In this document: positions 9,819 to 20,159 of the stretch, piece by piece | How the letters are laid out: each line of letters starts with the position of its first letter | How positions within the stretch are numbered: position 1 is the first letter of the stretch | Source of the DNA: a virus | DNA: 64,000 nucleotides | Reading direction: 5' to 3' (one strand) | IMG/VR virus record: IMGVR_UViG_3300028844_004984 | Translations under genes and position numbers: made by a program | Notes under the pieces: model-generated | The model's input: only the letters and a program-made list of their open reading frames with translations | What the model was told of the DNA's origin: nothing | Database searches by the model: none

Positions 9819-10826
9819 ATGGCAAGAAGAAAAGACTTGTTATCTGAAGCTATCGCTGATGCAAAGGCCGTTAAAGAAACTGCTCTAGCAAATGCTAAGT
9901 TAGCTCTAGAAGAAGCGTTCACTCCAAAACTACAATCAATGATTTCTGCAAAGTTAGCTGAAGAAGCTGATGAAGAAGAAATAGACGAAGATTTGGATTC
10001 ATCTGATTTAGGTACTGGCGATAACGCTGAACCTGCTGATGATGCATCTGATTCCTCTGATATCGAAAACGAAGAAGAATTGACTGAAGAAGAGGACATG
10101 GACGAAGAAGAGGAAGAAGTATCTGAAGAAGAAAACACAGATGAAACCTACGGTGAAGGTGAAGAAGTGGATGAAGATGAAGATATGCATTCTGAAGAAG
10201 AAATGGGTGATGACATGGAAGATGATGATGAAGATGATTTAGATTTAGAATCTGTAATCGCTGAGTTAGAAGCTGAAATGGATGAAGAAGAAGCCCCAGC
10301 TGATGAAAACTATCACGAAGAAGAGGACATGGACGAGGAAGAGGACATGGACGAAGAAGAAGAAATCGATTTGGATGAAGTAATCAAAACTTTGAAAGAA
10401 ATGGAAGAGGGTGATTACAACGAAGAAGAGATGGATGAAGAAGAAGAGGTGGATGAAGAAGAAGATTTAGCAGGTGAATTAGAAGAAGCTTACAGCACAA
10501 TCGCATCATTGAAGGATACTATCAATGAAGTAAACTTGTTGAACGCTAAACTACTTTACACTAACAAATTATTCAGAACATTTGACTTGAACGAAAACCA
10601 AAAGGTAAAAGTTCTTGAAAACTTCGATAGAACATCTTCTGTAAGAGAAGTGAAGTTAGTTTTCTCAACTTTAGCTGAAAATTTAAATGTAGCTAAAAAG
10701 AAAAGAAGTGTTGTAAAAGAAGGATATGCTTCTAAAGCAACAAAGAGTTCAGCACCAAAGAAAGAAATTATTTCTGAAGGTAACGAGCTATCTGCTAGAT
10801 GGAAAAAGTTAGCAGGACTAAAATAA
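9819..10826 (+). CDS. Prohead core scaffolding protein (T4 gp22-like)
   Basis: Highly acidic; EAIADAKAVKETALANAK..LEEAF; immediately upstream of the capsid gene; SD AGGAG. Confidence 0.85.
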   Translation: MARRKDLLSEAIADAKAVKETALANAKLALEEAFTPKLQSMISAKLAEEADEEEIDEDLDSSDLGTGDNAEPADDASDSSDIENEEELTEEEDMDEEEEEVSEEENTDETYGEGEEVDEDEDMHSEEEMGDDMEDDDEDDLDLESVIAELEAEMDEEEAPADENYHEEEDMDEEEDMDEEEEIDLDEVIKTLKEMEEGDYNEEEMDEEEEVDEEEDLAGELEEAYSTIASLKDTINEVNLLNAKLLYTNKLFRTFDLNENQKVKVLENFDRTSSVREVKLVFSTLAENLNVAKKKRSVVKEGYASKATKSSAPKKEIISEGNELSARWKKLAGLK

Positions 10827-10851
10827 TAAATAAGATTCAAAGGAGAATAAA

Positions 10852-12489
10852 ATGAATTTATCAAACATCCTAAATGAAGGAACATCTCATCAGAAGAGAC
10901 TGTCTGAGGCAACTCGTGTACTCGCTTCAAAATGGGAAAAAACTGGTCTTCTTGAGGGTATTGCAAATGACGTTGAAAAAGCTGGCGTTGCAACTCTATT
11001 GGAAAACCAAGCTAAACAACTTGTAAAAGAGGCATCTTCTACAGGTACTTCAGCAAACTCAGAAGAGTGGGCTGGTGTTGCGTTACCATTGGTACGCAGA
11101 ATTTTTTCTGAAATTGTAGCTAAAGATTTCGTATCGGTTCAACCAATGAACCTACCATCGGGTCTTGTGTTCTACTTAGATTTCAAATATGGTACAGGTC
11201 AACCTGGTTTCGCTACCGGTAGCGGTAAAGATTCACAAGCTGATTCTGTATTCGGTGTTACTGAAACTACTGATGACCCATCAGGTGGTTTGTATGGAGC
11301 TGGTCGCTTTGGTTACACTATTAACGATAGTGTATCTGTTGCACAAACATTGGGTACTGCAGGCTCTAACAAATTCGTAACAGGTTCTGTTGCAGCTGTT
11401 GATTACAACTATGATACTAACTTCTCATCATCTTACGCACTTCAGATTGCTAGTGGTGAAGTATTTACTGCCGCTGTACCTACTGCATCTATCGCTGGAT
11501 TCGATGATAAAGGCATCAGAGCATTCAGAGTATCATCAGCTCAAGTAACTGACCAATTCCCACAATTCACTAAGTTGAGTGGTGGTGATGTTGAGTTTGT
11601 ATTGAGAGGTACATTAGATGCTACAGATGACTTGAGAGTAAAGTATCACAAACAACCAACTGATGTATCAAGAGGTGATTTCGAAGCTAGTGGTAACCAG
11701 TTAACTGGTAATCCAGAAGCAGCTCTTGATATTCCAGAATTGAACGTAGAGATGAAGTCCCTACCAATTGTTGCTAAGACACGTAAGTTGAAAGCACAAT
11801 GGACTCCAGAATTCGCTCAAGACTTGAACGCATATCACTCAATTGATGCTGAAGCTGAATTGACTTCAATGCTTTCTGAGTACATCTCACAAGAAATCGA
11901 TTTCGAAATTTTGGATATGTTGATTCAGGACGCTAAAACAGAAGGTTTCTGGTCAGCTCAAATCGGTAGAGAGTGGAATGGTAATAACTTCGGTAATTAC
12001 AATTCAACCCAATCTGCAGCTGCAGCATTTACTCAGCAAGCATGGTATCAGACACTTGGTACTGTAATTGCAGGTGTATCTAACAAAATTCACCAAAAAA
12101 CATTGCGTGGTGGTGCTAACTTCTTAGTAGTATCTCCTGATGTTGCCACTATCATCGAATCTATCCCAGGATACGCTTCGACTGCAGATAATGGTGATGC
12201 TCAATTCGCATTTGGTGTAACTAAAGTTGGTTCATTGAACAGCAGATTCCAAGTTTATAAGAATCCTTATATGAAAGAGAACGTAATCTTGATGGGTTAC
12301 AGAGGAACACAATTCCTTGAAACTGGTGCTGTATACGCTCCATATATCCCATTGATTATGACTCCGCTTGTATACGACCCTAAAAACTTCACTCCAAGAA
12401 AAGGTGTAATGACTCGTTACGCTAAGAAAATGTTGAGAGGTGAGTTCTACGGTAAGGTATATGTGGATGGCTTACACTTAATTCAGTAA
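10852..12489 (+). CDS. Major capsid protein (T4 gp23-like)
   Basis: VQPMNLPSGLVFYL, AKTRKLKAQWTPEFAQDLNAYH.IDAEAEL, YAPYIPL, MTRYA. Confidence 0.97.
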   Translation: MNLSNILNEGTSHQKRLSEATRVLASKWEKTGLLEGIANDVEKAGVATLLENQAKQLVKEASSTGTSANSEEWAGVALPLVRRIFSEIVAKDFVSVQPMNLPSGLVFYLDFKYGTGQPGFATGSGKDSQADSVFGVTETTDDPSGGLYGAGRFGYTINDSVSVAQTLGTAGSNKFVTGSVAAVDYNYDTNFSSSYALQIASGEVFTAAVPTASIAGFDDKGIRAFRVSSAQVTDQFPQFTKLSGGDVEFVLRGTLDATDDLRVKYHKQPTDVSRGDFEASGNQLTGNPEAALDIPELNVEMKSLPIVAKTRKLKAQWTPEFAQDLNAYHSIDAEAELTSMLSEYISQEIDFEILDMLIQDAKTEGFWSAQIGREWNGNNFGNYNSTQSAAAAFTQQAWYQTLGTVIAGVSNKIHQKTLRGGANFLVVSPDVATIIESIPGYASTADNGDAQFAFGVTKVGSLNSRFQVYKNPYMKENVILMGYRGTQFLETGAVYAPYIPLIMTPLVYDPKNFTPRKGVMTRYAKKMLRGEFYGKVYVDGLHLIQ

Positions 12490-12511
12490 TCATAACTGAA
12501 TTACAATAATT

Positions 12512-12537
12512 AAGGGGAGCTTCGGCTCCCCTTTTTT
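12512..12537 (+). terminator. Intrinsic terminator
   Basis: GGGGAGC-TTCG-GCTCCCC followed by TTTTTT. Confidence 0.9.
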
Positions 12538-12549
12538 ATGTCCATATGA

Positions 12550-12557
12550 TATTTATA
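12550..12557 (+). promoter_or_regulatory. Putative late promoter TATTTATA
   Basis: Exact octamer just after the terminator. Confidence 0.6.
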
Positions 12558-12589
12558 GTAAATGGTTACTTAATTTCTAAAAGGATAGT

Positions 12590-13249
12590 ATGGCAGACAA
12601 TATAAATAAAACTCCGCCGAAAGGGAACATTAGATTCTCAATCTCTTTATCAGAGGAACAAAAACAAGCAAAAGCACAAATTCTGACTCATCCCTTTAAT
12701 TTTGTTATAGGTAAGGCTGGTAGTGGTAAAACTCTATTGGCATGTCAAATTGGACTGGATATGTTTTTCAAACGACAGGTAAATAAAATCGTTATAACAC
12801 GACCAACTGTATCAAATGAAGATAATGGGTTTTTACCCGGCTCATTAGAAGAAAAAATGGAACCTTGGTTAGTGCCAATTAAATCTAATATGAGAAAGGT
12901 TTACAACAAACCTGCTATATTAGATAAAATGATTAGTGATGAAAAAATAGAATTGGTATCATTATCTCATTTTAGAGGAAGAACTTTTGAAAACTCAGTA
13001 TGTATAGTTGACGAGTTTCAAAACTTAACAAAGCAACAATTACTTATGGTGTTGGGTAGAGTGGGTAAAGGTTCTACTATGATTCTTTGTGGAGACAAGC
13101 AGCAAGTCGACTTAAAGTTTAACAATGATTCGGCAGTACATGAAGTTCCAAAACTAAAAGGTTCAAACTGGGTGTATGATGTAGTACTGCAAGATAATCA
13201 CAGACATGAATCATTAGATGAAATTTTAAAGTTACTTACTGATTATTGA
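12590..13249 (+). CDS. phoH: PhoH-family ATPase
   Basis: GKAGSGKT, ITRP, GFLPGSLEEKMEPW, FRGRTF, VDEFQN, GDKQQVD. Confidence 0.92.
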   Translation: MADNINKTPPKGNIRFSISLSEEQKQAKAQILTHPFNFVIGKAGSGKTLLACQIGLDMFFKRQVNKIVITRPTVSNEDNGFLPGSLEEKMEPWLVPIKSNMRKVYNKPAILDKMISDEKIELVSLSHFRGRTFENSVCIVDEFQNLTKQQLLMVLGRVGKGSTMILCGDKQQVDLKFNNDSAVHEVPKLKGSNWVYDVVLQDNHRHESLDEILKLLTDY

Positions 13250-13293
13250 TATTTGATATATTTATTAGTAGTACTAATTAATTAAGGAAACGT

Positions 13294-14238
13294 GTGGTAG
13301 ACTATTCAGGTTCTTTTAGCGGTTCATTTACTGGTTCAATACTTTCCACAAATGGCGTAATCTCATCATCAGCACAGGTGATTGGGAGTTTGCCAATGGG
13401 TGTAATATCGGGCTCATCACAAATAAGTGGTGATGATTTGACTATTGATTATTATAACCTAACAAATCTACCACTTACAATCACACCATTCCAAGCAAAT
13501 TCTATATTAGCCAATAACGCACTACGTGATAATTTCACAAGTAATGTTAAGGTTAGATTAAATGCTGAAGATGTACTTAGTGGTTCGTTAAAAGGGCAGT
13601 TGCCAGTTGGTACAATATCATCATCTTTACAATTAATTGGTGAATTTGATGATAGATACGGAAACGAACTAAACGATGGGTTGGTTAGTGGTTCGGCTCA
13701 AATTACCTTATTAGATACCGATAGAACTGGATTCGATACGGGTGATGTGCCTGAGGGTAGTAATCTGTACCACACAAATCAAAGAGTAAAATCTCTATTA
13801 GATACTGAAGGTGTAGTATCATCATCAGCACAGATAACCGCTCTTGGATTTAGTACAACCGATAATGATTCTCAAACCTTAACAATTGCAGGACAAACAT
13901 TATCAATTTCAAATGGTAATAGTATTATACTACCAGATGGTGGCGGCAGTGGTGGTGGTTCATCAATATGGAATACTGGTTCTCAAGACCCAAATTCATA
14001 TACTCATTTGATGACATCAAACAATCTACAAGTAACTGGTAGTTTTGATATAAAAGGAGCACTTACTGTAAATGGTAAGGCGGTGTTCATTCAGAGCCAA
14101 TCATCAGATGCTGGGATGGCCCTAGAGGTTAAAGGTAGGATGCGTGTTTTAGAAGAGCAAATAGGTAACTATATTGCATCAGCCTCAATACAAATAGGAA
14201 ATTCACAAGATTCTATAGATTGTGGTGGATTTTTCTAA
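13294..14238 (+). CDS. Ser/Gly-rich virion (fibre) protein
   Basis: Repeated (V/I)S(G/S)SAQ units; C-terminal IDCGGFF. Confidence 0.65.
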   Translation: MVDYSGSFSGSFTGSILSTNGVISSSAQVIGSLPMGVISGSSQISGDDLTIDYYNLTNLPLTITPFQANSILANNALRDNFTSNVKVRLNAEDVLSGSLKGQLPVGTISSSLQLIGEFDDRYGNELNDGLVSGSAQITLLDTDRTGFDTGDVPEGSNLYHTNQRVKSLLDTEGVVSSSAQITALGFSTTDNDSQTLTIAGQTLSISNGNSIILPDGGGSGGGSSIWNTGSQDPNSYTHLMTSNNLQVTGSFDIKGALTVNGKAVFIQSQSSDAGMALEVKGRMRVLEEQIGNYIASASIQIGNSQDSIDCGGFF

Positions 14239-14300
14239 AAAAAAATGATATTTATGATAAATACTACAGTAAACTGTAGATGATATAATGGGATAAAAAT

Positions 14301-16856
14301 ATGGCTCAAACAATAAAACATAGAAGAGGTTCGGTATCATCCGTAAGGAATATTACCTCATTTGGTGAAGCGGAACTTGTAATAGGTAGTGGTTCGGTTG
14401 ATGGTAAGGTAGATGGACCGATAGTATATATCGGTAAGCCGGGTGGAACAAGTGCGGCAAATGATTACGCACCCATATCAAAGATATACACAGGCGCTGG
14501 GATACCATCTATGACTCCTGGAAATTTTGGTTCTACAATGGATGGGTTACCATACTATGATTCTACTAATAAAAAGCTGTACATCTTAGGTTCACACGCA
14601 GATGGTGAATCGGGACATACCGAAATCATAATCACAACATCATCACTACAGAACTTTGATAATCATGTATCCGCATCTGCAGCAGCTGCTGGATTTGGAG
14701 CGGGTGGTTCTGATGGTATCTTTGTTTTAGAATCAGGAGCGATATATCGTTCATCGGATAAGGATTTGCAAATCACAGGTTCTAATTCCGACCAATACGC
14801 ATTAAAGGTATCTCAATCAATTCAAGCACATAATATAAATGCTGGTGTACCAACATCAAATGACTGGCAAAATAACTTAGATGGTTCGTACTTTAACAAT
14901 TTCACAAAAGATACAGATGTATCTGAAATACTAAGATTCATCGCTGGACTGCTATCATCATCAGCAGCGGATGCATCTCCAAACTCAAGAACATATTCGA
15001 CTATAGTTGAAAGTTTTTCAAGCACATCAGGAACAGGAACAATTTCAGGTAGAGTTTCACAAAATCACGATATCGATGATATTACATATTTGGTTGACCA
15101 AGGATTCGCATCAGTTGGTGGTACTCTTTTTCCTGGCAAAACAGTTAGAACAAATACTGGATATTCGGTTTCGTATAGGTCTAATTCAGGTGGTACATCA
15201 GATGTACAATCATCGGCCGATTCTCAATTATTTGGATTGGGCAAATTAACAAGTGGTGGTCCTACTGAATTTAGGGTTAGTGGTTCTCATATTTGGGAAT
15301 TTGATAACAATAATTCAGGAACTTTAACGGAAACATCTTCTTCTGCGGTGATTTTATCCAATTCTTCATTTGGAACTTCAAATGGACTAACTTTAGGTAA
15401 AATTAACACTGTGAATCCAACTGTAATTCCAGCAGCATATCAAGATGGTAAATTCTCGGGTGTATTTTCTCAAAATCTAATTGATTGGACTTCAGAAAGT
15501 TTAACATCTGTATCATCATCTGGTACATATACGATAACAACAACAATTGGTATAGAAACTGGCTCTCAATCTACATATGTAACAGCACCTGCTGTAAGTG
15601 AAGAAATATTTTGGGCACCAATTTCAACCATAAATACAAATATTGGTACAACTACACCAACCGATAGTAATACAGCAACTACCGCACTTACGTTAACATC
15701 AAGTTCTCTATCCGGAGCACCATATGTTACAGGTGGTACATATCGATTGATATCATCTGCTAGTGGATTATTCAATCCGATGTATGTTGCATCTACTACC
15801 GCAGCAAGAGTTGTTATATCTTCACCCACACCATCAAATGTGAGTGTAGCTAAAACAAGTGGTACTGATACTTTAAGTACAAATGGTGGTACTATACAAA
15901 CATCGAATGCAGTATTTTCTGAAACTGGAAACACTGTAAGAGCAACAAGCACAGTACCACATAAAACCGATAGATTTCATACCAACGCTACATACACACT
16001 TAGTGGAACGGGTACAACCTTCAGCGAGAATGGATTTGCAGATACAGACTTTACATTATCGGTTCGTGGTACAAACAGAAATAGTTCAGAAACAAATATG
16101 GGAACTGAAACCGTAGAAATCCACTCAGCGGGTGCATTCAACCAACCAGCAGCAAGTGGTTCAATGGGATATTTCGGTGGTGGAACTGCTAGTACAGCAA
16201 CAGTGGAACGATTTTCTAATGAAACATACAGAAGGCAGATAGGTACTTCAACAGGATTGACTACTGCTTGGGATTCTGAAGATAGAATAACATTAGGAGA
16301 TGGTGGTGATTTGCAAGTTAAGCCAGGATTTTTGGTAAATGCAGAATCTACCACAAATGGTACTGGGTATTGGTATCCTACATCTGGTTACAACGCAGCA
16401 CATTATAAGTGGTATCTGAGAGAAGTTGATACATCGGCAAGTAATAACAAAGGTAGCTTGATATTAAACTTTAATCCGGACTCATCATCTAATTTCGCAG
16501 CGTTTGATAGTACAACGACTGGTAAGATTGCCATAGGGGTAATCTTCGAAGCACAGCTACCATCAAATAGTGGTGATAGTAGAACAATAATATTTGATGC
16601 TGTTAAGGGTAATGGTACATATGGTGGTGGTGAAGATAATATCTCATCATCAAATCAAAAAAATCCATTTAGTGATAATGTAGATTTGCAAGCAGACTTC
16701 TCATCACTCACAGACTCATCAGGTACACTAACACTTGGCTTGAACAACTCAGTAAACCAAACTATTAATGGAACTTATGGTAAGGTTTGGGTTTTAATTA
16801 GATATACTGGTTCACCATCTGACACACTAACTCAATTAACAGTGACAACATCGTAA
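14301..16856 (+). CDS. Large Ser/Thr-rich virion protein
   Basis: N-terminal IKHRRGS..GEAELV fibre-type module; beta-rich composition. Confidence 0.65.
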   Translation: MAQTIKHRRGSVSSVRNITSFGEAELVIGSGSVDGKVDGPIVYIGKPGGTSAANDYAPISKIYTGAGIPSMTPGNFGSTMDGLPYYDSTNKKLYILGSHADGESGHTEIIITTSSLQNFDNHVSASAAAAGFGAGGSDGIFVLESGAIYRSSDKDLQITGSNSDQYALKVSQSIQAHNINAGVPTSNDWQNNLDGSYFNNFTKDTDVSEILRFIAGLLSSSAADASPNSRTYSTIVESFSSTSGTGTISGRVSQNHDIDDITYLVDQGFASVGGTLFPGKTVRTNTGYSVSYRSNSGGTSDVQSSADSQLFGLGKLTSGGPTEFRVSGSHIWEFDNNNSGTLTETSSSAVILSNSSFGTSNGLTLGKINTVNPTVIPAAYQDGKFSGVFSQNLIDWTSESLTSVSSSGTYTITTTIGIETGSQSTYVTAPAVSEEIFWAPISTINTNIGTTTPTDSNTATTALTLTSSSLSGAPYVTGGTYRLISSASGLFNPMYVASTTAARVVISSPTPSNVSVAKTSGTDTLSTNGGTIQTSNAVFSETGNTVRATSTVPHKTDRFHTNATYTLSGTGTTFSENGFADTDFTLSVRGTNRNSSETNMGTETVEIHSAGAFNQPAASGSMGYFGGGTASTATVERFSNETYRRQIGTSTGLTTAWDSEDRITLGDGGDLQVKPGFLVNAESTTNGTGYWYPTSGYNAAHYKWYLREVDTSASNNKGSLILNFNPDSSSNFAAFDSTTTGKIAIGVIFEAQLPSNSGDSRTIIFDAVKGNGTYGGGEDNISSSNQKNPFSDNVDLQADFSSLTDSSGTLTLGLNNSVNQTINGTYGKVWVLIRYTGSPSDTLTQLTVTTS

Positions 16857-16871
16857 TAAAGAGGGATAAAA

Positions 16872-18071
16872 ATGGCATATGATACAAATAATAGGTCGGA
16901 ACGTTTACTACAAGGTAGACGTTTTACCACAGATAATCTAACTCTAAGTCAGGAAGCATTTACGGATGTTTTCGACTTGGGAGCGGGTGAGATATTTACG
17001 GATGATGGTTTAATCCCAACTGGAAGTTCTCAATTGGCCTATAGTGGTTCATCGCAAGATGGCGAAATCATATCGGGTAGTATTGTAAATCCATCAATCA
17101 GTTCAGATGTTTCTGTATTGAAGTTCCATCACAGGCACAAATTAAAACAAGCGGCTGATGGACAACGTGAAGTATACTACTTTACAACATCAGAACCCGC
17201 ATCTGTGAGTGAAACTGTAACATCAGACCAGTTGATTGAGACCGACCAGCAGACAAATTTTGTATCACCAAAATACATTATAGCAGCACACTCAACGAGA
17301 AATGCTGAGGCGCTGAGTCCTGGTTACAAAGCAGTTGTATACAAAAGTACTGCAACAGATGGGGATAGTGTTTCCGAATCTGCAATAACAGATGATAAAT
17401 ATGTATTCGATTATAAGACTGGTGTGTTGACATGGGTGGGTAGTAATCAGCCAGCTTCAAATCAATTTGTATATATGACCGTTTATCAGTACGTTGGTAG
17501 AACCCTCCGTTCTCAGATTGATGATGGTTCAATTGGTGGGGGTGGTGCATCATCGTTTACCGAATTAACAAATGTGCCTGATGGATTGGTATCGGGTTCG
17601 GCACAAACTATAGCAAATCTACCTGATGGAACTGTATCTGGTTCAGTTCAGATTGAGATAAATTCCACTACTGGGACATTAACAACTCTTGGTACGGTAA
17701 CTTCGGGTGATGTAACAAATATACTACCATCGGGTGTAGTATCCGGCTCAATACAAGTATCATATACAGGATTATCAAACGTACCAGCTGATATAATAAG
17801 CGGTTCAGAACAAATAGCATCAAACTTACCAGATGGTGTGGTTAGTGGTTCAGCACAAACCATAGCTAACTTAGTTGGACAAGATGTTATAGTAAGAAAC
17901 CTAACGGCAGAAAACTATGTTGTAAGTTCATCAGTAACACATATGACTACATCATTTAGTAGTGGTTCGACTATATTTGGAGATGATATTGCAGATACAC
18001 ATCAAATGACAGGTTCTTTGTTTGTATCGGGAAGTATTTCGTTTAGTGAAATTGATGGTGGAAACTTCTAA
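16872..18071 (+). CDS. Virion (fibre) protein
   Basis: LP.G.VSGS.Q repeats, SGSTIFGDD..DTH..TGS, C-terminal IDGGNF. Confidence 0.65.
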   Translation: MAYDTNNRSERLLQGRRFTTDNLTLSQEAFTDVFDLGAGEIFTDDGLIPTGSSQLAYSGSSQDGEIISGSIVNPSISSDVSVLKFHHRHKLKQAADGQREVYYFTTSEPASVSETVTSDQLIETDQQTNFVSPKYIIAAHSTRNAEALSPGYKAVVYKSTATDGDSVSESAITDDKYVFDYKTGVLTWVGSNQPASNQFVYMTVYQYVGRTLRSQIDDGSIGGGGASSFTELTNVPDGLVSGSAQTIANLPDGTVSGSVQIEINSTTGTLTTLGTVTSGDVTNILPSGVVSGSIQVSYTGLSNVPADIISGSEQIASNLPDGVVSGSAQTIANLVGQDVIVRNLTAENYVVSSSVTHMTTSFSSGSTIFGDDIADTHQMTGSLFVSGSISFSEIDGGNF

Positions 18072-18089
18072 CGGTATCGGATTTCATAA

Positions 18090-18488
18090 ATGGCTTCACA
18101 GAATACTATTAAGTTAAAACGCAGTTCAACGCAATCCAATGTACCATCTTTAGGTGATTTAACATTGGGCGAATTGGCTGTCAATACATTTGATGGTAAG
18201 TTATTTATAAAAAAAGATGATGGTTCAGAGGCAATAGAAACAATTGTAACTACACATGCACAGATTACTGGTTCAATAGAACTAACATCTGCAGTTACAT
18301 CATCATTTCAATTAATACATAGTACAGATGGCTCATCATTAGATATGTTAACAATTCGTGTTGGTGATGAGGATAGAGTAACTGTAAACTCAGATGGTAC
18401 ATTTATAATAAAGGAAGTAGATTCATTACCAACTGGAGAAACTGGCGGACTTGCAGTTAGTGGAAGTAACTTTTTTATATACTTATAA
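18090..18488 (+). CDS. Fibre connector protein
   Basis: IKLKRSS...P...L.LGELAVNTFDGKLFIK, a typical fibre N-terminal module. Confidence 0.65.
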   Translation: MASQNTIKLKRSSTQSNVPSLGDLTLGELAVNTFDGKLFIKKDDGSEAIETIVTTHAQITGSIELTSAVTSSFQLIHSTDGSSLDMLTIRVGDEDRVTVNSDGTFIIKEVDSLPTGETGGLAVSGSNFFIYL

Positions 18489-18508
18489 TCGTAAACAAAA
18501 TTTTTTAA

Positions 18509-18516
18509 TATTTATA
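18509..18516 (+). promoter_or_regulatory. Putative late promoter TATTTATA
   Basis: Exact octamer. Confidence 0.6.
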
Positions 18517-18567
18517 TGCAACAACATAATGTTCATATAGTAAAAAACCAAAAAAGAGGAAAATAAA

Positions 18568-19887
18568 ATGGCAGAATGGAAAAAAGTAATTGTCTCGGGT
18601 TCAACAGCGGACTTAGCGGCAATTAATGTAGATGGAACGGTAACCGCTAACGCATTTAGTGGTGATGGTTCAGCCCTTACGGGCGTAGCTGCAGGAAGTA
18701 TCGATATCGATGGATTCACTGCAGGAACAGCACTGGTACAAGGAGACCTCTTCTTATATTCAGATGGTGGTACTGAAAAGAAAATTACATTTAGCAATGT
18801 AGAAGATGCAGTATTTGGTAACGTAAGTGGTGATGTAACAGTCGCTGCAGGTGGTGCTGCAACAATTGGAGCTGATAAAGTAGTAACTGCTAAGATTTTA
18901 GATGCTAACGTAACAACTGCTAAAATTGCAGATGATGCAGTTACCAATGCTAAAATCGGTTCAGGTGCTGTTGATACAACAGAACTTGCGGCTGATGCAG
19001 TTACCGCTGCTAAATTAGCAGATGATGCAGTTGTAACGGCTAACATTGTTGATGGTAACGTAACGACTGCTAAGATTGGAGCTGGTCAAGTTACAACTGC
19101 TAAGATTACAGACTTGAACGTAACAACTGGAAAAATTGCAGCTAGTGCAGTAACTACAGCTAAGATTGCAGATGACAACGTAACTACAGCTAAGATTGCA
19201 GAAGATGCAGTAACAACAACAGAACTTGCAGGTGATGCAGTTACAGGCAACGAAATCGCTGATGATTCGATTGATTCAGAACACTATGTCGATGGTTCTA
19301 TCGATACAGCCCACATTGCAAACCTACAGGTAACAACTGGAAAACTTGCAGCTGACGCAGTAACATCCGCTAAGATTGCAGATAATGCTGTAGATAGCGA
19401 GCACATTGCAGAAAACGCAATAGGAACATCAGAACTTGCGGCAACCATATCTGGCGCCCATACATTCCAAGCCTTGACTACAATAGGTGATTTGACTGTT
19501 GGTCAAGACCTTACTGTATCTGGTGATTTAACTGTAAGTGGTAATACTACTACATTGAACACTACAAACTTAGCAGTAGATGACCAATTGATTCTATTGA
19601 ATTCAGGTTCTACATCAGGTGATTCAGGTATCGTATTTGGTGGTTCGCTTGGAACAGCTAACTCTGGTATGGCACTTATCTTAGATGATTCAGATGATAG
19701 ACTTGTATTCCAAGCTACGGCTTTGGATCCAGATTCAACTGGAACACCATTTGTACCATCTGCAACAAACCACTACTCAATCGTAGGTTCATTTGAAGGT
19801 AGTGAAGCAGACGCTGCAACTGCAAAAGCAAACAAAGTTGGTAATATCAGAGTTGACTCTTCTGCTGATATCTTCATCTACGTTTAA
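18568..19887 (+). CDS. Fibre shaft protein with 10-aa repeats
   Basis: About 19 copies of a DxAVTTAKIA-type repeat; N-terminus WKKVIVSGS. Confidence 0.75.
   Translation: MAEWKKVIVSGSTADLAAINVDGTVTANAFSGDGSALTGVAAGSIDIDGFTAGTALVQGDLFLYSDGGTEKKITFSNVEDAVFGNVSGDVTVAAGGAATIGADKVVTAKILDANVTTAKIADDAVTNAKIGSGAVDTTELAADAVTAAKLADDAVVTANIVDGNVTTAKIGAGQVTTAKITDLNVTTGKIAASAVTTAKIADDNVTTAKIAEDAVTTTELAGDAVTGNEIADDSIDSEHYVDGSIDTAHIANLQVTTGKLAADAVTSAKIADNAVDSEHIAENAIGTSELAATISGAHTFQALTTIGDLTVGQDLTVSGDLTVSGNTTTLNTTNLAVDDQLILLNSGSTSGDSGIVFGGSLGTANSGMALILDDSDDRLVFQATALDPDSTGTPFVPSATNHYSIVGSFEGSEADAATAKANKVGNIRVDSSADIFIYV
18871..19440 (+). repeat. Coding tandem repeat, 30 bp/10 aa unit, about 19 copies
   Basis: VTTAKIADDA-like periodicity counted in the translation. 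Confidence 0.85.
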
Positions 19888-19912
19888 TCTAACCCAAAAT
19901 AAGTTATAAAAT

Positions 19913-20089
19913 ATGGGACTTACAGATTTAAGACGTAAAGATACATCTGAAAAAAAAGTTGAGCACGAGTTTACAAACGAGGAGTTAGATTTCCTCTTAC
20001 AACTAATAGCCAACTCAACGTTTGAAGGACGAGATGTTCAACTGGTGTATCAGGTCGCTCTGAAGATACAGAATAAAATAAAAGGTTAA
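19913..20089 (+). CDS. Small hypothetical protein (58 aa), possible fibre assembly chaperone
   Basis: MGLTDLRRK...FTNEELDFLLQLIANSTFEGRDVQLVYQVALKIQ. Confidence 0.6.
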   Translation: MGLTDLRRKDTSEKKVEHEFTNEELDFLLQLIANSTFEGRDVQLVYQVALKIQNKIKG

Positions 20090-20092
20090 CAG

Positions 20093-20121
20093 AAACCCCC
20101 ACAGAAATGTGGGGGTTTTTT
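20093..20121 (+). terminator. Intrinsic terminator
   Basis: AAACCCCCACA-GAAA-TGTGGGGGTTT followed by a T-run. Confidence 0.88.
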
Positions 20122-20159
20122 CATTTAATATATTTACTCACATACTTATTGTTAGAAGC

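Noticed and set aside
10080-10460. GAAGAGGACATGGACGA repeats in the scaffold gene
   Set aside because: Low-complexity acidic coding sequence (EEDMDEE) typical of gp22-like scaffolds.
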